DNA of 64,000 nt from an uncultured Thiotrichales bacterium (GTDB taxonomy: Bacteria; Pseudomonadota; Gammaproteobacteria; GCA-2400775): contig CAZTYM010000001.1 of the NCBI GenBank assembly GCA_964617475.1, positions 100,085-164,084 of the forward strand, read 5' to 3'. Below the pieces are notes generated by a model. That model made no database searches. It was not told where the DNA came from and saw nothing but the letters and a program-made list of their open reading frames with translations. Shown piece by piece: positions 19,561 through 29,780 of this stretch. Every line of letters begins with the position of its first letter. Position 1 is the stretch's first letter. The translations under genes were made by a program, and so were the position numbers.

Positions 19561-20091
19561 ATGATGAAAACAAAGTATTCAATTGTATTGTTGTGTGTTT
19601 CAAGCTTATTGCTGTTAAGTACCGCTGTTTTTGCAGGCAAGGTGAGCGTTGATGTTGATGAGAATGATGTCGCGATTGGTGGTTATGACACTGTTGCTTA
19701 TTTTACTGAAGGTTTAGCTAACGAGGGCAGTGCTAATTATACTGTGGTATATAACGGTGCTATCTATCGTTTTGAATCTGCCAAGAATCGTGATTTATTT
19801 CGTGCTGAGCCTGCTAAGTACGTGCCGCAATACGGTGGTCATTGTGCTTATGGAGTCACTAAAAATAGAAAGTTTGTTGCCGACCCAAGAGCCTGGGATG
19901 TGGTAGATGGTAAGCTTTATCTCAATACCAATAGAAAGATACGCGATAAATGGCGTAAAGATATTGCTGGCAATGTAGAAGAAGCTAACGGAATTTGGAC
20001 TGATATCGCAGCCGCTAAAGACGCTGATCTAGAAGAAGACTTCCCAGTCTTTCGTAAGAGCGGCGACGAAAAAATGGATGATTTTTGGTAG
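19561..20091 (+). CDS. YHS-domain protein (putative metal-binding), secreted
   Basis: Signal peptide and GGYDTVAYF, the YHS-domain signature (cf. GYDPVSYF). Confidence 0.7.
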   Translation: MMKTKYSIVLLCVSSLLLLSTAVFAGKVSVDVDENDVAIGGYDTVAYFTEGLANEGSANYTVVYNGAIYRFESAKNRDLFRAEPAKYVPQYGGHCAYGVTKNRKFVADPRAWDVVDGKLYLNTNRKIRDKWRKDIAGNVEEANGIWTDIAAAKDADLEEDFPVFRKSGDEKMDDFW

Positions 20092-20334
20092 GCCACTGGT
20101 TTAACTTTTATACCGGTGGCGGTGTTTAAGACTTAGATTGTCACCGATTCTTTTCTTGTTTGTTATATTGTAACGAAGAAATATCAAAGACACTTTGTTT
20201 TTGTGGCTTTTTAAAATATTATAATTTCACACCGGGTTCAAAATTCTTACTTTGTTGGTTTCCGACCAACGGTGCTACTAGTCTTTTTAGTCAGGCCGAT
20301 ACATGACTGAGTTGAATGAGTGAGGAGAAATATT

Positions 20335-20676
20335 ATGAGTTGTTCTAATAGTCATTCCCATCCAGAACATATCCATGGTCCGGGTTGCGGACACACAGCG
20401 ATTCGTCATGGTGACCACGTTGATTACTTGCATGATGGTCATCTTCATCATCCGCACGAGGATCATTACGACGAGCACGTGATTGAAGTGAGCGATACTA
20501 ATCCAAATGAATGTAATAAAGTGCATGATTGCGGCGGGCACATACACGGGCCTAACTGCGGCCATGAGGCTGTACCTCATGGTGATCATATCGACTATAT
20601 CGTCGATGGTCGCTTACACCACGTTCACGACGGACATTGTGATGATCATGGTCCGGTAGAAATTGTTACAGCATAG
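20335..20676 (+). CDS. Histidine-rich tandem-repeat protein (putative metal-binding)
   Basis: Two about 45-aa repeats: HIHGPGCGHTAIRHGDHVDYLHDGHLHHPHEDHYDEH and HIHGPNCGHEAVPHGDHIDYIVDGRLHHVHDGHCDDH. GGAG SD 8 nt before the ATG at 20335. Confidence 0.65.
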   Translation: MSCSNSHSHPEHIHGPGCGHTAIRHGDHVDYLHDGHLHHPHEDHYDEHVIEVSDTNPNECNKVHDCGGHIHGPNCGHEAVPHGDHIDYIVDGRLHHVHDGHCDDHGPVEIVTA

Positions 20677-20868
20677 AATATTCATCTAATTCGATAACAG
20701 CCTAAGCTATTAATCTGCTTAGGCTGTTAGCTGATCTTTTCATATTATCTCGAGTTGTCTGATTCGATGCTTAGCTAATCGCATCTTATTTGTATTCAAA
20801 AAAACACCAATAAATACAACGTCTTGTGTATTATATTTCATTTAGATATTGCTTATTATTGGTGACGC

Positions 20869-21675
20869 TTGTTAGACGACTATTTGCCAAAAAGAATTGT
20901 ATGCCTCACCGAGGAAACCACGGAATTTCTTTATTTACTGGGTGAGCAAAAGCGCATTGTAGGTATCTCTGGTTTTACGGTTAGGCCACCGAGAGCGCGC
21001 AAAGAAAAACCCAGGGTATCGGCTTTCACTTCAGCTAAAATTGATAAAATTCTAGAGCTTAAACCCGATTTAGTATTAGGTTTCTCGGACTTGCAAGCTG
21101 ATATCGCAGCAGAGTTGGTGCGAAAGGGCGTGGCAGTACATATTTTTAATCAAAGGTCTGTAGACGAGATTCTTTCCATGATGACCTTGCTCGGCGGGTT
21201 GGTAGGTGCTCAGGCTAAGGCGCAGGAATGGATAGATGCTTTTAAACAAAAGGCTCGCATTTTGAAAGCGGAGTCTGAGGGTTTAACTAGGCCAGTTGTA
21301 TACTTCGAGGAGTGGGATGATCCTTTGATTAATGGAATTCAGTGGGTGTCAGAGTTGATTAATATTGCCGGTGGACATGATTGTTTTCCTGAACTCTCGA
21401 AGGAGGTGCTTGGAAAAAATAGAATCATTAGCGATGGCAAACGGGTCATTGCTAAAAACCCGGATATTATTATCGGTTCTTGGTGTGGCAAGAAATTCCG
21501 TCCTGAGAAAGTCGCAGCGCGAGATGGTTGGACTGAGATTAATGCGGTTAAAAACCAACATATTTATGAGATTAAATCGTGCGATATATTGCAGCCCGGT
21601 CCCGCTGCTCTAACTGATGGTTTGGATCAAATAAAGTCTTGCATAAATAATTGGCGTCAGTCCCATGCCGAGTGA
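20869..21675 (+). CDS. BtuF-like (class III) periplasmic-binding-protein-fold protein, no signal peptide
   Basis: Cobalamin/siderophore-binding-protein-like pattern (RIVGISGFT..., KPDLVLGF, WDDPLINGIQWVSELINIAGG, NPDIIIGSWCG). TTG start as given by the ORF track; no N-terminal signal sequence. Confidence 0.6.
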   Translation: MLDDYLPKRIVCLTEETTEFLYLLGEQKRIVGISGFTVRPPRARKEKPRVSAFTSAKIDKILELKPDLVLGFSDLQADIAAELVRKGVAVHIFNQRSVDEILSMMTLLGGLVGAQAKAQEWIDAFKQKARILKAESEGLTRPVVYFEEWDDPLINGIQWVSELINIAGGHDCFPELSKEVLGKNRIISDGKRVIAKNPDIIIGSWCGKKFRPEKVAARDGWTEINAVKNQHIYEIKSCDILQPGPAALTDGLDQIKSCINNWRQSHAE

Positions 21676-22033
21676 AAACCAACAATGTTCGCAATGTCCT
21701 ACTGTGTTTGCTTGTAGTGCAAAAGACAGTGGGAAGGCATGTTGGTGCCAGTCATTTCCGGCCGTTTTGCCGTTCGTAGTAGGGCAAGCATGCTTATGCC
21801 CGCTTTGCTTAAAGCAAGCAGTGGCTGCCAAATTACCTAGTTATCTCAGTTCGCTTGATCATAAAGAGGCTTTTGAGCTAGCACAAAATTATCCATCAAA
21901 CGCACCATTGCTAGAGGGGATTGATTACGTCATGGACGGTGAGCTAATGGTGTTTCAAGCCTGGTTTCACTTAAAGCGTGGTTATTGCTGCGGTAATGAT
22001 TGCCTTAATTGTCCTTATCCTAAAAGCGAATGA
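21665..22033 (+). CDS. Cysteine-rich CWC-family protein with C-terminal DUF5522-like region
   Basis: CSQCPTVFACS...CWCQSF...CLCPLC and C-terminal YCCGNDCLNCPY. Overlaps the upstream gene by 11 nt. Confidence 0.55.
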   Translation: MPSENQQCSQCPTVFACSAKDSGKACWCQSFPAVLPFVVGQACLCPLCLKQAVAAKLPSYLSSLDHKEAFELAQNYPSNAPLLEGIDYVMDGELMVFQAWFHLKRGYCCGNDCLNCPYPKSE

Positions 22034-22707
22034 ATAAGCAGCGTGTATTAGTGTCTTGGAGCAGTGGTAAAGACGCTGCCTGGGCGCTATATCAAGCGAA
22101 GCAATCATCTCATTTAGAGGTGGTAGGTGTGTTTACTACGGTAAATAATGCCTTTCAGCGCGTTGCTATGCATGGTGTTAGGCGAGAAGTGCTAGAACGG
22201 CAAGCAGAATGTCTCGGTTTGCCTTTATTTACGATTGATATTCCTTATCCATGTAGCAACGAAGACTATGAAAATGCCATGTCTCAGTTTATTGATGAGA
22301 TCAAGTCAGATGGAATCGATGGTTTAGTGTTTGGTGATTTATTCCTCGAGGATATTCGTGACTATAGAGAAAAGCAGCTAGCCGATTCAGGCTTATCTAT
22401 ACATTTTCCCTTATGGGAGATACCTACGGATGAGTTAGCGAAAGAGATGGTGAGTTCTGGATTACAGGCCGTTATTGCATGCGTCGATCCAAAGCAGTGC
22501 TCATCTGATTTAGCGGGGCGAATATATGATGCAGACCTTTTATCGGAATTACCAAAAAGTATGGACCCCTGTGGGGAGAATGGTGAATTTCACACCTGTG
22601 TGGTAGCAGGGCCCATGTTTAAACAAGCGCTGCAAGTTCGTGTTGGTGAGATAGTTGAACGTGAAGGCTTTGTTTATGCTGATGTATTATTATTAGGTGA
22701 CGGCTAG
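22030..22707 (+). CDS. PP-loop ATP pyrophosphatase, Dph6-like (MJ0570/DUF71 family)
   Basis: SWSSGKDAAWAL PP-loop (SGGKDS-type) plus the central motif set of the Diphthami_syn_2 family. 4-nt overlap with the upstream gene. Confidence 0.7.
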   Translation: MNKQRVLVSWSSGKDAAWALYQAKQSSHLEVVGVFTTVNNAFQRVAMHGVRREVLERQAECLGLPLFTIDIPYPCSNEDYENAMSQFIDEIKSDGIDGLVFGDLFLEDIRDYREKQLADSGLSIHFPLWEIPTDELAKEMVSSGLQAVIACVDPKQCSSDLAGRIYDADLLSELPKSMDPCGENGEFHTCVVAGPMFKQALQVRVGEIVEREGFVYADVLLLGDG

Positions 22708-22710
22708 TCC

Positions 22711-23475
22711 ATGGCGACCATTTGGCAAAAGCGTACTAAATACAAACACTACGAAGTTCGTAAAGCCGGGAATAGTACCCGTTTGTATACTAATGGTGTA
22801 TTCCATAGTCAGTACAACCCCAACCACCTTGTTAGTCGAGGCGTTTGGGATTTATTATTTTTACCCGTATTTTTTCTCCCAGCTGAAAAGTTAAAGCGCG
22901 TACTCGTTCTAGGAGTAGGGGGTGGTGCTGCAATTCAGTTATTAAATCGCTATGTTAAACCTGAACAGATTATTGGTGTTGAATTAGATGCAATACATTT
23001 ATCCATCGCTAAGCGATTTTTTAAAGTTGCGGGAAAAAATATTAAGCTTGTTCAAACTGATGCGATTAAGTGGCTAGCAAGTTATCGAGGGCCGCAGTTT
23101 GACCTGATTATCGATGATTTATTTTTTGAACAAGAAGGAATGGGGCAACGAGCAATAGATTTAGATTCATCCTGGTTTTCGTTAATAGAAAAACGACTTA
23201 ACGATCATGGCTTGCTTATAGCTAATACCTTTTCACATGCTGAACTATCTCGCTCAGCATTTTGTTGTGATTTAAATGTTGCTCAGCGATTTAGCGATGC
23301 CTATGCTTTTCAGCTGGAAAGATTTGATAATGTAGTAGGTGCTTTCTTAAAAGAAACGGCGACAGTCGGCCAGCTTCGAAAACGGCTTGGGCAAACAGAA
23401 GGTTTGAATAAAAAGAGTGGGGCAGATGCCCTGAAATTTAGAGTTAAACGGTTAAAGGGCGCTGTTGCCCCTTAA
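22711..23475 (+). CDS. Spermidine-synthase-like (PABS-fold) SAM-dependent transferase
   Basis: VLVLGVGGGAAIQ Rossmann motif and ELDAIHLSIAKRFF, typical of the spermidine/spermine synthase family. Starts 3 nt after the upstream stop. Confidence 0.6.
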   Translation: MATIWQKRTKYKHYEVRKAGNSTRLYTNGVFHSQYNPNHLVSRGVWDLLFLPVFFLPAEKLKRVLVLGVGGGAAIQLLNRYVKPEQIIGVELDAIHLSIAKRFFKVAGKNIKLVQTDAIKWLASYRGPQFDLIIDDLFFEQEGMGQRAIDLDSSWFSLIEKRLNDHGLLIANTFSHAELSRSAFCCDLNVAQRFSDAYAFQLERFDNVVGAFLKETATVGQLRKRLGQTEGLNKKSGADALKFRVKRLKGAVAP

Positions 23476-23494
23476 CCGCTTATCAATGATGTGT

Positions 23495-25141
23495 TTAAAG
23501 TGCGAAGCGTTTGGTTAAATCATTAAGGTTTTCGTTAATTTGATTTAACTCAGAGCACAGCTGTTTGGCTTCACGAGCACCTTCTGCAACCGCAGTTGAT
23601 ACGTTATCAATAGCTTTAATACTATCAGTCAATTCTTGCGTAACTTCTGTTTGTTGCTCGGTAGAAGATGCAATCTGATTAGTTGTTTCAGAAATACTGG
23701 TTACTGAGCGAGCAATTTCGGCGATGGATTTGCCTGCCATTTTCGCTTCTTCAACACTCTTCGCCATACCGGTTTGACTACGTTCCATTGAATCCACTGC
23801 TTGTTCTGAACGTGTTTGCAGACTAGTAATGGTTTTATTAATCTCATCAATAGAGTTTTGAGTGCGTTGCGCTAAAGTGCGAACCTCATCCGCAACCACG
23901 GCAAAACCACGACCTTGCTCACCTGCACGAGCCGCCTCAATAGCAGCATTCAGTGCCAGCAAGTTAGTTTGTTCAGCAATAGATCGTATGACTTCGGTTA
24001 CGCTGCTAATGCTTGCGCTATCTTCACGTAAGGCATTGATAACTTGTCCTGCTTCTTCCATGGCTTGGCTAACATCTTCAATTTGTTGCACAGCTTTACG
24101 AACAACTTGATCACCTTTTTGTGCCTCAAGCGATGCGTCACCAGCAACTTGTGCGGTAGAACTGGTATTACCAGCCACTTCCTGGAAGCTTGATGCCATT
24201 TCGTTCATAGATTCAGAAACTCTGTTGACATCAGCCTGCTGGCTAGCCATTCTTTCTGCTGAAGAACTAGACTGCTCGCTGAGACGTTGAGAAGCAGTAT
24301 CCAGCGTTTTAACACTTTGGCTAATTTCACGTATCAGAGTGCTAACACCTTCTTGCATGTCATGGAAATATCTTGCTGATGATCCTAATTCGTCTTTATC
24401 GAATTTGGACATATCAATATTTTGGCTCAAGTCACCATTACCCATTCTTTGCATTTGGGCGTTGAGTACTGCAAGCGGCGTATTAATTTTACGTAGCAAC
24501 ATAAAACCACCGAAAATGGTCAGTCCAATCAATACTACGCAAATACCCAGCAAAGATGTTGTAATGCCTGCAAATGAAGCTTTAGCTTCTGATCTCAACT
24601 GAACAGACTTGTTTTGTAAGTCAGCTTGGAATTTTTCTACTGGCGCAATCATAGCGTTAAATGGCGCAAGCATTGGGCCAAGAATAGTTTCACGTGCTTT
24701 TTCGATACGATCAGTATCGATAAGATGAATATAATGTTCTTGTGTTTTCACATAGTCAGCAAAGTTTTTGCGGAAGGTTGTGATAAATGCCTTGTCAGGT
24801 GCACTTTCTACTGCTTGGTCGAATTCACCTAATACTTTTAATGTTAATTCGCGGTTTTCTTCAATGATAGGATGAATGACTTTATGTTCTTCTTTGTTTT
24901 CGGTTAAGCCATAGTCCAGTGCAAAACGGCGATAAGTTAATGTGTAATGACGAAGTTCAGATACTTTCGTTAATAAATCCACATTCTTCTCAACGATATG
25001 GTCCACATCACTCTCGACCTGTGTCAAGCTGACATAGACATAAACGCTCAACGCGATAACCAGTGCGGCAACCGTTGAAAAACTTAAAACGATAAAATTT
25101 TTAATTGATAAATTCTTTAACATTATGCGCTCCAAAAGCAC
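23495..25141 (-). CDS. Methyl-accepting chemotaxis protein
   Basis: N-terminal TM, ligand-binding region, second TM, HAMP, and a highly conserved MCP signalling domain ([28 protein letters not shown]). Confidence 0.85.
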   Translation of the reverse strand: MLLERIMLKNLSIKNFIVLSFSTVAALVIALSVYVYVSLTQVESDVDHIVEKNVDLLTKVSELRHYTLTYRRFALDYGLTENKEEHKVIHPIIEENRELTLKVLGEFDQAVESAPDKAFITTFRKNFADYVKTQEHYIHLIDTDRIEKARETILGPMLAPFNAMIAPVEKFQADLQNKSVQLRSEAKASFAGITTSLLGICVVLIGLTIFGGFMLLRKINTPLAVLNAQMQRMGNGDLSQNIDMSKFDKDELGSSARYFHDMQEGVSTLIREISQSVKTLDTASQRLSEQSSSSAERMASQQADVNRVSESMNEMASSFQEVAGNTSSTAQVAGDASLEAQKGDQVVRKAVQQIEDVSQAMEEAGQVINALREDSASISSVTEVIRSIAEQTNLLALNAAIEAARAGEQGRGFAVVADEVRTLAQRTQNSIDEINKTITSLQTRSEQAVDSMERSQTGMAKSVEEAKMAGKSIAEIARSVTSISETTNQIASSTEQQTEVTQELTDSIKAIDNVSTAVAEGAREAKQLCSELNQINENLNDLTKRFAL

Positions 25142-25373
25142 GTATTAAGTACTAGCAAATTTGAATTGGTTTTAGCGATTTAAGGCACTAAAATGCTCAC
25201 CTATAGTGCTTTCGCTTATCACTCTCCCGACTCTGGCTTTAATATCGGCTAGGTTAGAAAATACTTAAATGGGCTTGGAAAGTGGTTTTTCACCTATGCG
25301 GCCAAATGACAGCCGCTTGTCAGGATGGCGATATTACTGGCTATAAAGAAATTTCTTGATCCCAAAAATAGAA

Positions 25374-26132
25374 TCAAAATTGATAGACAAAAAGCTGTGT
25401 TTTACGTAGATCACAGACATCTATAATCGATTTTGGTTGATGTTCAGGGAGAGAAAAAGTGTTAGAAATAAACAAGGTATCAGGTTTGGTTTTTTCTTGT
25501 ACTAGCTTGGCGATTTCTGGCATCGGGGCAGGAGAGAGAAAACAGTATATTACGTCATACTCTTGCCATGGAGTTGACCAGAACGACTGATATTTTATTT
25601 CTAGGTTGGTTTTTCCTAAGCAACGTAGTTTTGCTAAAGCAAATGATAATGGCGCGGTTTCATAGCCGACGAATTTGGCTTGCGGAAATTGCTTCGCTAG
25701 TTTCACCAGTACACTAGCAACACCACAGCCAAAATCGGCAAAAACGAAGGGCTTATTGACATCGAGTTGTTCTGCTAAACAGGTAATGGTTTTATGGCCG
25801 CTGAGATAGAGCGGTACCTGCTCTCCAAAAGCATTCCAGTTAAGCAACCATACGAGCGCAAAACACACGAGATACCATGCTGGATGGATGGTTTGCAGGA
25901 GTGCAGAATAGAGTAATGGAAAAAAAGCCAAGTTAATTGGTATCCACCACGCTCTCAAGCCTAAAATGATGCCGAGAACTGCAGCAATGATACCTTGCGC
26001 AAAAATCAGTGAAAGTAATGAAGGAGGATTGCTATCGTCGGCAATAATAAGACGATAAGTGATTACTAGCATGCAACTCATTATGTGAATAAAGAGCGCG
26101 CGCAGGCTGGGACGTAGCGTTGATAACATCAT
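25374..26132 (-). CDS. Membrane-anchored class I SAM-dependent methyltransferase
   Basis: N-terminal TM helices followed by the motif I DFGCGVA and a methyltransferase-fold remainder. Confidence 0.55.
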   Translation of the reverse strand: MMLSTLRPSLRALFIHIMSCMLVITYRLIIADDSNPPSLLSLIFAQGIIAAVLGIILGLRAWWIPINLAFFPLLYSALLQTIHPAWYLVCFALVWLLNWNAFGEQVPLYLSGHKTITCLAEQLDVNKPFVFADFGCGVASVLVKLAKQFPQAKFVGYETAPLSFALAKLRCLGKTNLEIKYQSFWSTPWQEYDVIYCFLSPAPMPEIAKLVQEKTKPDTLFISNTFSLPEHQPKSIIDVCDLRKTQLFVYQF

Positions 26133-26188
26133 TCAATGTCAAAGGTTATGAGCAGTATTAAGACGCTGAATGTGTTGATGTGCTTGAT

Positions 26189-27181
26189 CTACTGCTGCTC
26201 TGTAAGAGTATCAGGAATGTTATAGGGTAACTCTAAAAACTGTATCGTGGTATCAATGCCATCATCGAGGTATAGGTCTGAATCTCCGATGTGTTTAATT
26301 AGCATTACCGCTAGGGCTTGGTACTGGTTATCTCCGGTTGGAAGGGCGGTGACAATTTTACCGACGCTCTCGTTGTTTGTGCTTCCGATGCTATAAATAC
26401 CATCACCGGAAAGAGGTGTTTCTTCACATTGTATAGCGATGCGTATCATGCGTCTTTTTAGTTTACCAAGATGGTGCATGCGAGCCACGACTTCCTGGCC
26501 AGGATAGCAACCTTTACTGAAACTGAGGCCGTTGACTAAGTCAAGATTCATCATCTGAGGGACAAAACAACCCTGGGTTTTTTCTACCAATGTTGGTAAG
26601 CCATATTGAATATCAAGTAAACGCCAAACACTATTATCGCAATGAGTCAATTCAAACTGGTTTGCATTGTCAGACTGGCTGATATACAAGTAGCGTTTTC
26701 CATCAGCGAGCGGCGTAAGAAAATCATCGCCAATGCATACTACTTGCTGAGTCGACATATTTATATCTGGAAACAAAGCGGAAATAGACTGTTTATCGCA
26801 AACTAAACCATTGCATGTTTGCCTAGTTGCGGCAAATTCCACATCAGCCATCAAGACATACATTTTCAACCGCTTAAGCACATTTTCTTGAATGCTGCTG
26901 GCAATTATCATTTGATAATGGTCGGCAAAACGTATCAGGTAAAACAAGGCTAAAAGCCGTCCTTTAGGGTCACAGTAGCCGTTTAAATGGAACTCTTGTT
27001 CTGTAAGGCTTTCTACATCATTAGTAAATTGACCGTGAAGAAATTGGCTAGCGTCCTTACCACTTATTTTAATTACAGATAAATGATCAAGTTGACAGAT
27101 AAGATTTTTATCATCGAGATTAGAAAGACTTGTAGCCAGATCCTGTGATTCAGGTTCTGATACTTGTTGCGCTTTACTCAT
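26189..27181 (-). CDS. ygfZ: tRNA-modifying / Fe-S repair folate-binding protein YgfZ
   Basis: The YgfZ signature KGCYPGQE is present at about 330 aa, and the aminomethyltransferase-like fold is evident. Confidence 0.8.
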   Translation of the reverse strand: MSKAQQVSEPESQDLATSLSNLDDKNLICQLDHLSVIKISGKDASQFLHGQFTNDVESLTEQEFHLNGYCDPKGRLLALFYLIRFADHYQMIIASSIQENVLKRLKMYVLMADVEFAATRQTCNGLVCDKQSISALFPDINMSTQQVVCIGDDFLTPLADGKRYLYISQSDNANQFELTHCDNSVWRLLDIQYGLPTLVEKTQGCFVPQMMNLDLVNGLSFSKGCYPGQEVVARMHHLGKLKRRMIRIAIQCEETPLSGDGIYSIGSTNNESVGKIVTALPTGDNQYQALAVMLIKHIGDSDLYLDDGIDTTIQFLELPYNIPDTLTEQQ

Positions 27182-27297
27182 AAATTTAGATGCTCAGTGG
27201 TTACGTGTGAATACAGTCTTTATCGGTCTAGATAGGTTTGAATTTTAGTTAAGATTTAAGACAAAACAAGTCTTATTTTTGCGGGTATACTTAGAGC

Positions 27298-27669
27298 ATG
27301 GAAAAAATGCACCCTGTATTTCTTAAGTTGAATCAAATTCACTTCCCGCCGATGGCGTTGGTGTCAATTTTGCACAGGATAACAGGCGTTATTCTGGTTA
27401 TTGCTATGCCAGTTTTGGTTTATTTGCTGACTGTATCTCTGCAAAATGAAGCTGGTTACCAGCGCGCTATCGAACTTAGTAATCAGCTTCTATTTAAAGC
27501 GTTGCTCATTCTTTTTTTTTGGTCGCTTGGTCATCATGTCGTTGCAGGTATCCGTTTTCTGATCATTGATCTACTTGGACGCCCTGTCAGTGGTCGCGAG
27601 TCTGCCTACGTTGCGCTAGTGTTAAGCCTTTTGGTGTTTTTGTTTTCAGTAGGTGTGGTGATACTGTGA
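27298..27669 (+). CDS. sdhC: Succinate dehydrogenase cytochrome b556 subunit
   Basis: ILHRITGVILV haem-ligand region, 123 aa, three TM helices. First gene of the sdhCDAB operon. Confidence 0.85.
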   Translation: MEKMHPVFLKLNQIHFPPMALVSILHRITGVILVIAMPVLVYLLTVSLQNEAGYQRAIELSNQLLFKALLILFFWSLGHHVVAGIRFLIIDLLGRPVSGRESAYVALVLSLLVFLFSVGVVIL

Positions 27670-28007
27670 TTCTTTCGCCTAACAGTACGCATGGATGGTT
27701 GCTGCAAAGGCTAACAGCCGTATTTATTGCGATTTGCTTACCTGTCTTTTTTATTTACTTCTTGTTTTATTCACCCAACTCATATGATGACTGGTACGCA
27801 ACGATGACTTCCGTGCACGTTATTATTTTGACAGTGGTTTTTTTTACTGCTTTATCCTTGCATGCATGGATAGGGCTTCGTGATGTTGTCATTGACTATA
27901 TTCATCATCTTGGTTATCGCATCGCCATACTAAGCATCGTTGTTATTTTGATATTTGGCCAGCTACTTTGGTTGGCGATTGTATTATTAAGGCCTATCAA
28001 TGAATGA
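27666..28007 (+). CDS. sdhD: Succinate dehydrogenase membrane anchor subunit
   Basis: 113-aa three-TM protein overlapping sdhC and sdhA. Confidence 0.85.
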   Translation: MILSPNSTHGWLLQRLTAVFIAICLPVFFIYFLFYSPNSYDDWYATMTSVHVIILTVVFFTALSLHAWIGLRDVVIDYIHHLGYRIAILSIVVILIFGQLLWLAIVLLRPINE

Positions 28008-29778
28008 TAGCGTAGCGAATATTCCCCGACGTAGTTTTGATACTCTGGTGATTGGTGCCGGTGGCGGAGGTTTGCGAGCAGCCTATCAGCTCGCTCAGGC
28101 TGATCTTAATGTGGCTGTAGTATCAAAAGTTTTTCCCACACGCTCACATACCGTTGCTGCGCAAGGCGGGGTTAATGCCGCGCTTGCCAATGTATCGCCT
28201 GATAATTGGCATTGGCATATGTATGACACGATTAAAGGTAGTGATTACTTAGGTGATCAAGACGCCATAGAGTATATGTGTCGAGCCGCTTCTCGTATGG
28301 TTGTTGAGTTGGAGCACATGGGTGTCCCATTCTCGCGTCTTGATAACGGCAAGATCTATCAACGGGCATTTGGCGGGCAAAGCCAGGAATTTGGCGGCGA
28401 TCAAGCATCGAGAACCTGTGCTGCTGCGGATCGTACGGGACATGCAATACTTCACTCGCTCTATCAACAAAATTTAAAATCGAAAACGCATTTTTTTGAT
28501 GAGTATTTCTCAATCGATTTGATCTACGATCCGGATCACACCGTGCTCGGTGCTTTGGTGCTGGAAATCGAGACGGGTGAGCTACTCATTATTGAAGCTA
28601 AGACAACACTAATTGCCACTGGCGGTGCGGGCCAAATCTTTCGTACCAATACCAATGCGCGTATTAATACCGGTGATGGTATGGCCATGGCGTTGCGCTC
28701 AGGTGTACCGCTACAAGATATGGAATTTTTTCAATTTCATCCCACCGGAATTGCTCGTAAAGGCATGCTTATTTCGGAAGGTGTTAGAGGCGAAGGTGGC
28801 TATTTAGTCAATAAGGATGGTGAACGGTTCATGGAGCGCTATGCGCCACACGCAAAAGACTTAGCCAGTCGAGATGTAGTGAGTCGAGCAATTGCGACAG
28901 AAGTGCGTGAAGGACGGGGTTGTGGTGAAGATAAAGATTATGTCTTGCTGAAGTTGGATCATCTCGGTGCAGATGTAATTAAAAAACGCTTACCTAATAT
29001 TCGTGAAACAGCAATCACTTTTATGGGTGTAGATCCTATTGAGCAAGCCATTCCGGTGTTTCCAACAGCGCATTACACCATGGGAGGGATTCCCACCAAT
29101 CGCTTTGGCCAAGTGATGCGCTCAACAGTTGGCGGTGAGGAAGAAGCGGTGCTCGGGCTTTATGCCGCAGGAGAATGCGCCTGTGTATCGGTTCATGGTG
29201 CTAACCGGCTGGGTGGTAACTCATTGCTCGATATTATTGTGTTTGGTCGTGCGGCTGCGAATCATATTATCAGTTATCTTGCCGAAAATCGTTATCATCG
29301 TGCTTTCGATGAAAGCTCGCTTGATGCTTCGTTAGCGCGACTAAATCGTTGGAATAAGCGAGGAGAAGGGGAGACCGTGTCAGCACTGCGAGAGGAATTA
29401 CAAGCGACGATGGAAGAGTATTGCGGTGTATTTCGAACGCATGAGGTGCTAGAAAAAGGCGTTGGAAAAGTTAAAGCCCTAAAACAACGATTAGACAATG
29501 TTTATTTACAAGATCATAGTAAAGTATTTAACACTGCACGTATCGAAGCATTGGAACTGGAGAACTTGATCGATATCGGCTTAGCAACGGTGGAGTCCGC
29601 CTTAGCGAGATGTGAAAGTAGAGGTGCACATTCTCGTATCGATTACCCAAAACGTAATGATACCAATTGGCTTAAACACTCTTTATACCATCTAGAAGAA
29701 GGTGTGGTTGATTATAAACCAGTCAAAATGAAGCCTTTAACCGTATCTACTTTTCCTCCAAAAGAACGGGTTTACTGA
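28000..29778 (+). CDS. sdhA: Succinate dehydrogenase flavoprotein subunit
   Basis: FAD-binding VIGAGGGGLRAA, SKVFPTRSHTVAAQGG (covalent FAD His) and RLGGNSLLD motifs. Confidence 0.95.
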   Translation: MNDSVANIPRRSFDTLVIGAGGGGLRAAYQLAQADLNVAVVSKVFPTRSHTVAAQGGVNAALANVSPDNWHWHMYDTIKGSDYLGDQDAIEYMCRAASRMVVELEHMGVPFSRLDNGKIYQRAFGGQSQEFGGDQASRTCAAADRTGHAILHSLYQQNLKSKTHFFDEYFSIDLIYDPDHTVLGALVLEIETGELLIIEAKTTLIATGGAGQIFRTNTNARINTGDGMAMALRSGVPLQDMEFFQFHPTGIARKGMLISEGVRGEGGYLVNKDGERFMERYAPHAKDLASRDVVSRAIATEVREGRGCGEDKDYVLLKLDHLGADVIKKRLPNIRETAITFMGVDPIEQAIPVFPTAHYTMGGIPTNRFGQVMRSTVGGEEEAVLGLYAAGECACVSVHGANRLGGNSLLDIIVFGRAAANHIISYLAENRYHRAFDESSLDASLARLNRWNKRGEGETVSALREELQATMEEYCGVFRTHEVLEKGVGKVKALKQRLDNVYLQDHSKVFNTARIEALELENLIDIGLATVESALARCESRGAHSRIDYPKRNDTNWLKHSLYHLEEGVVDYKPVKMKPLTVSTFPPKERVY

Positions 29779-29780
29779 CT

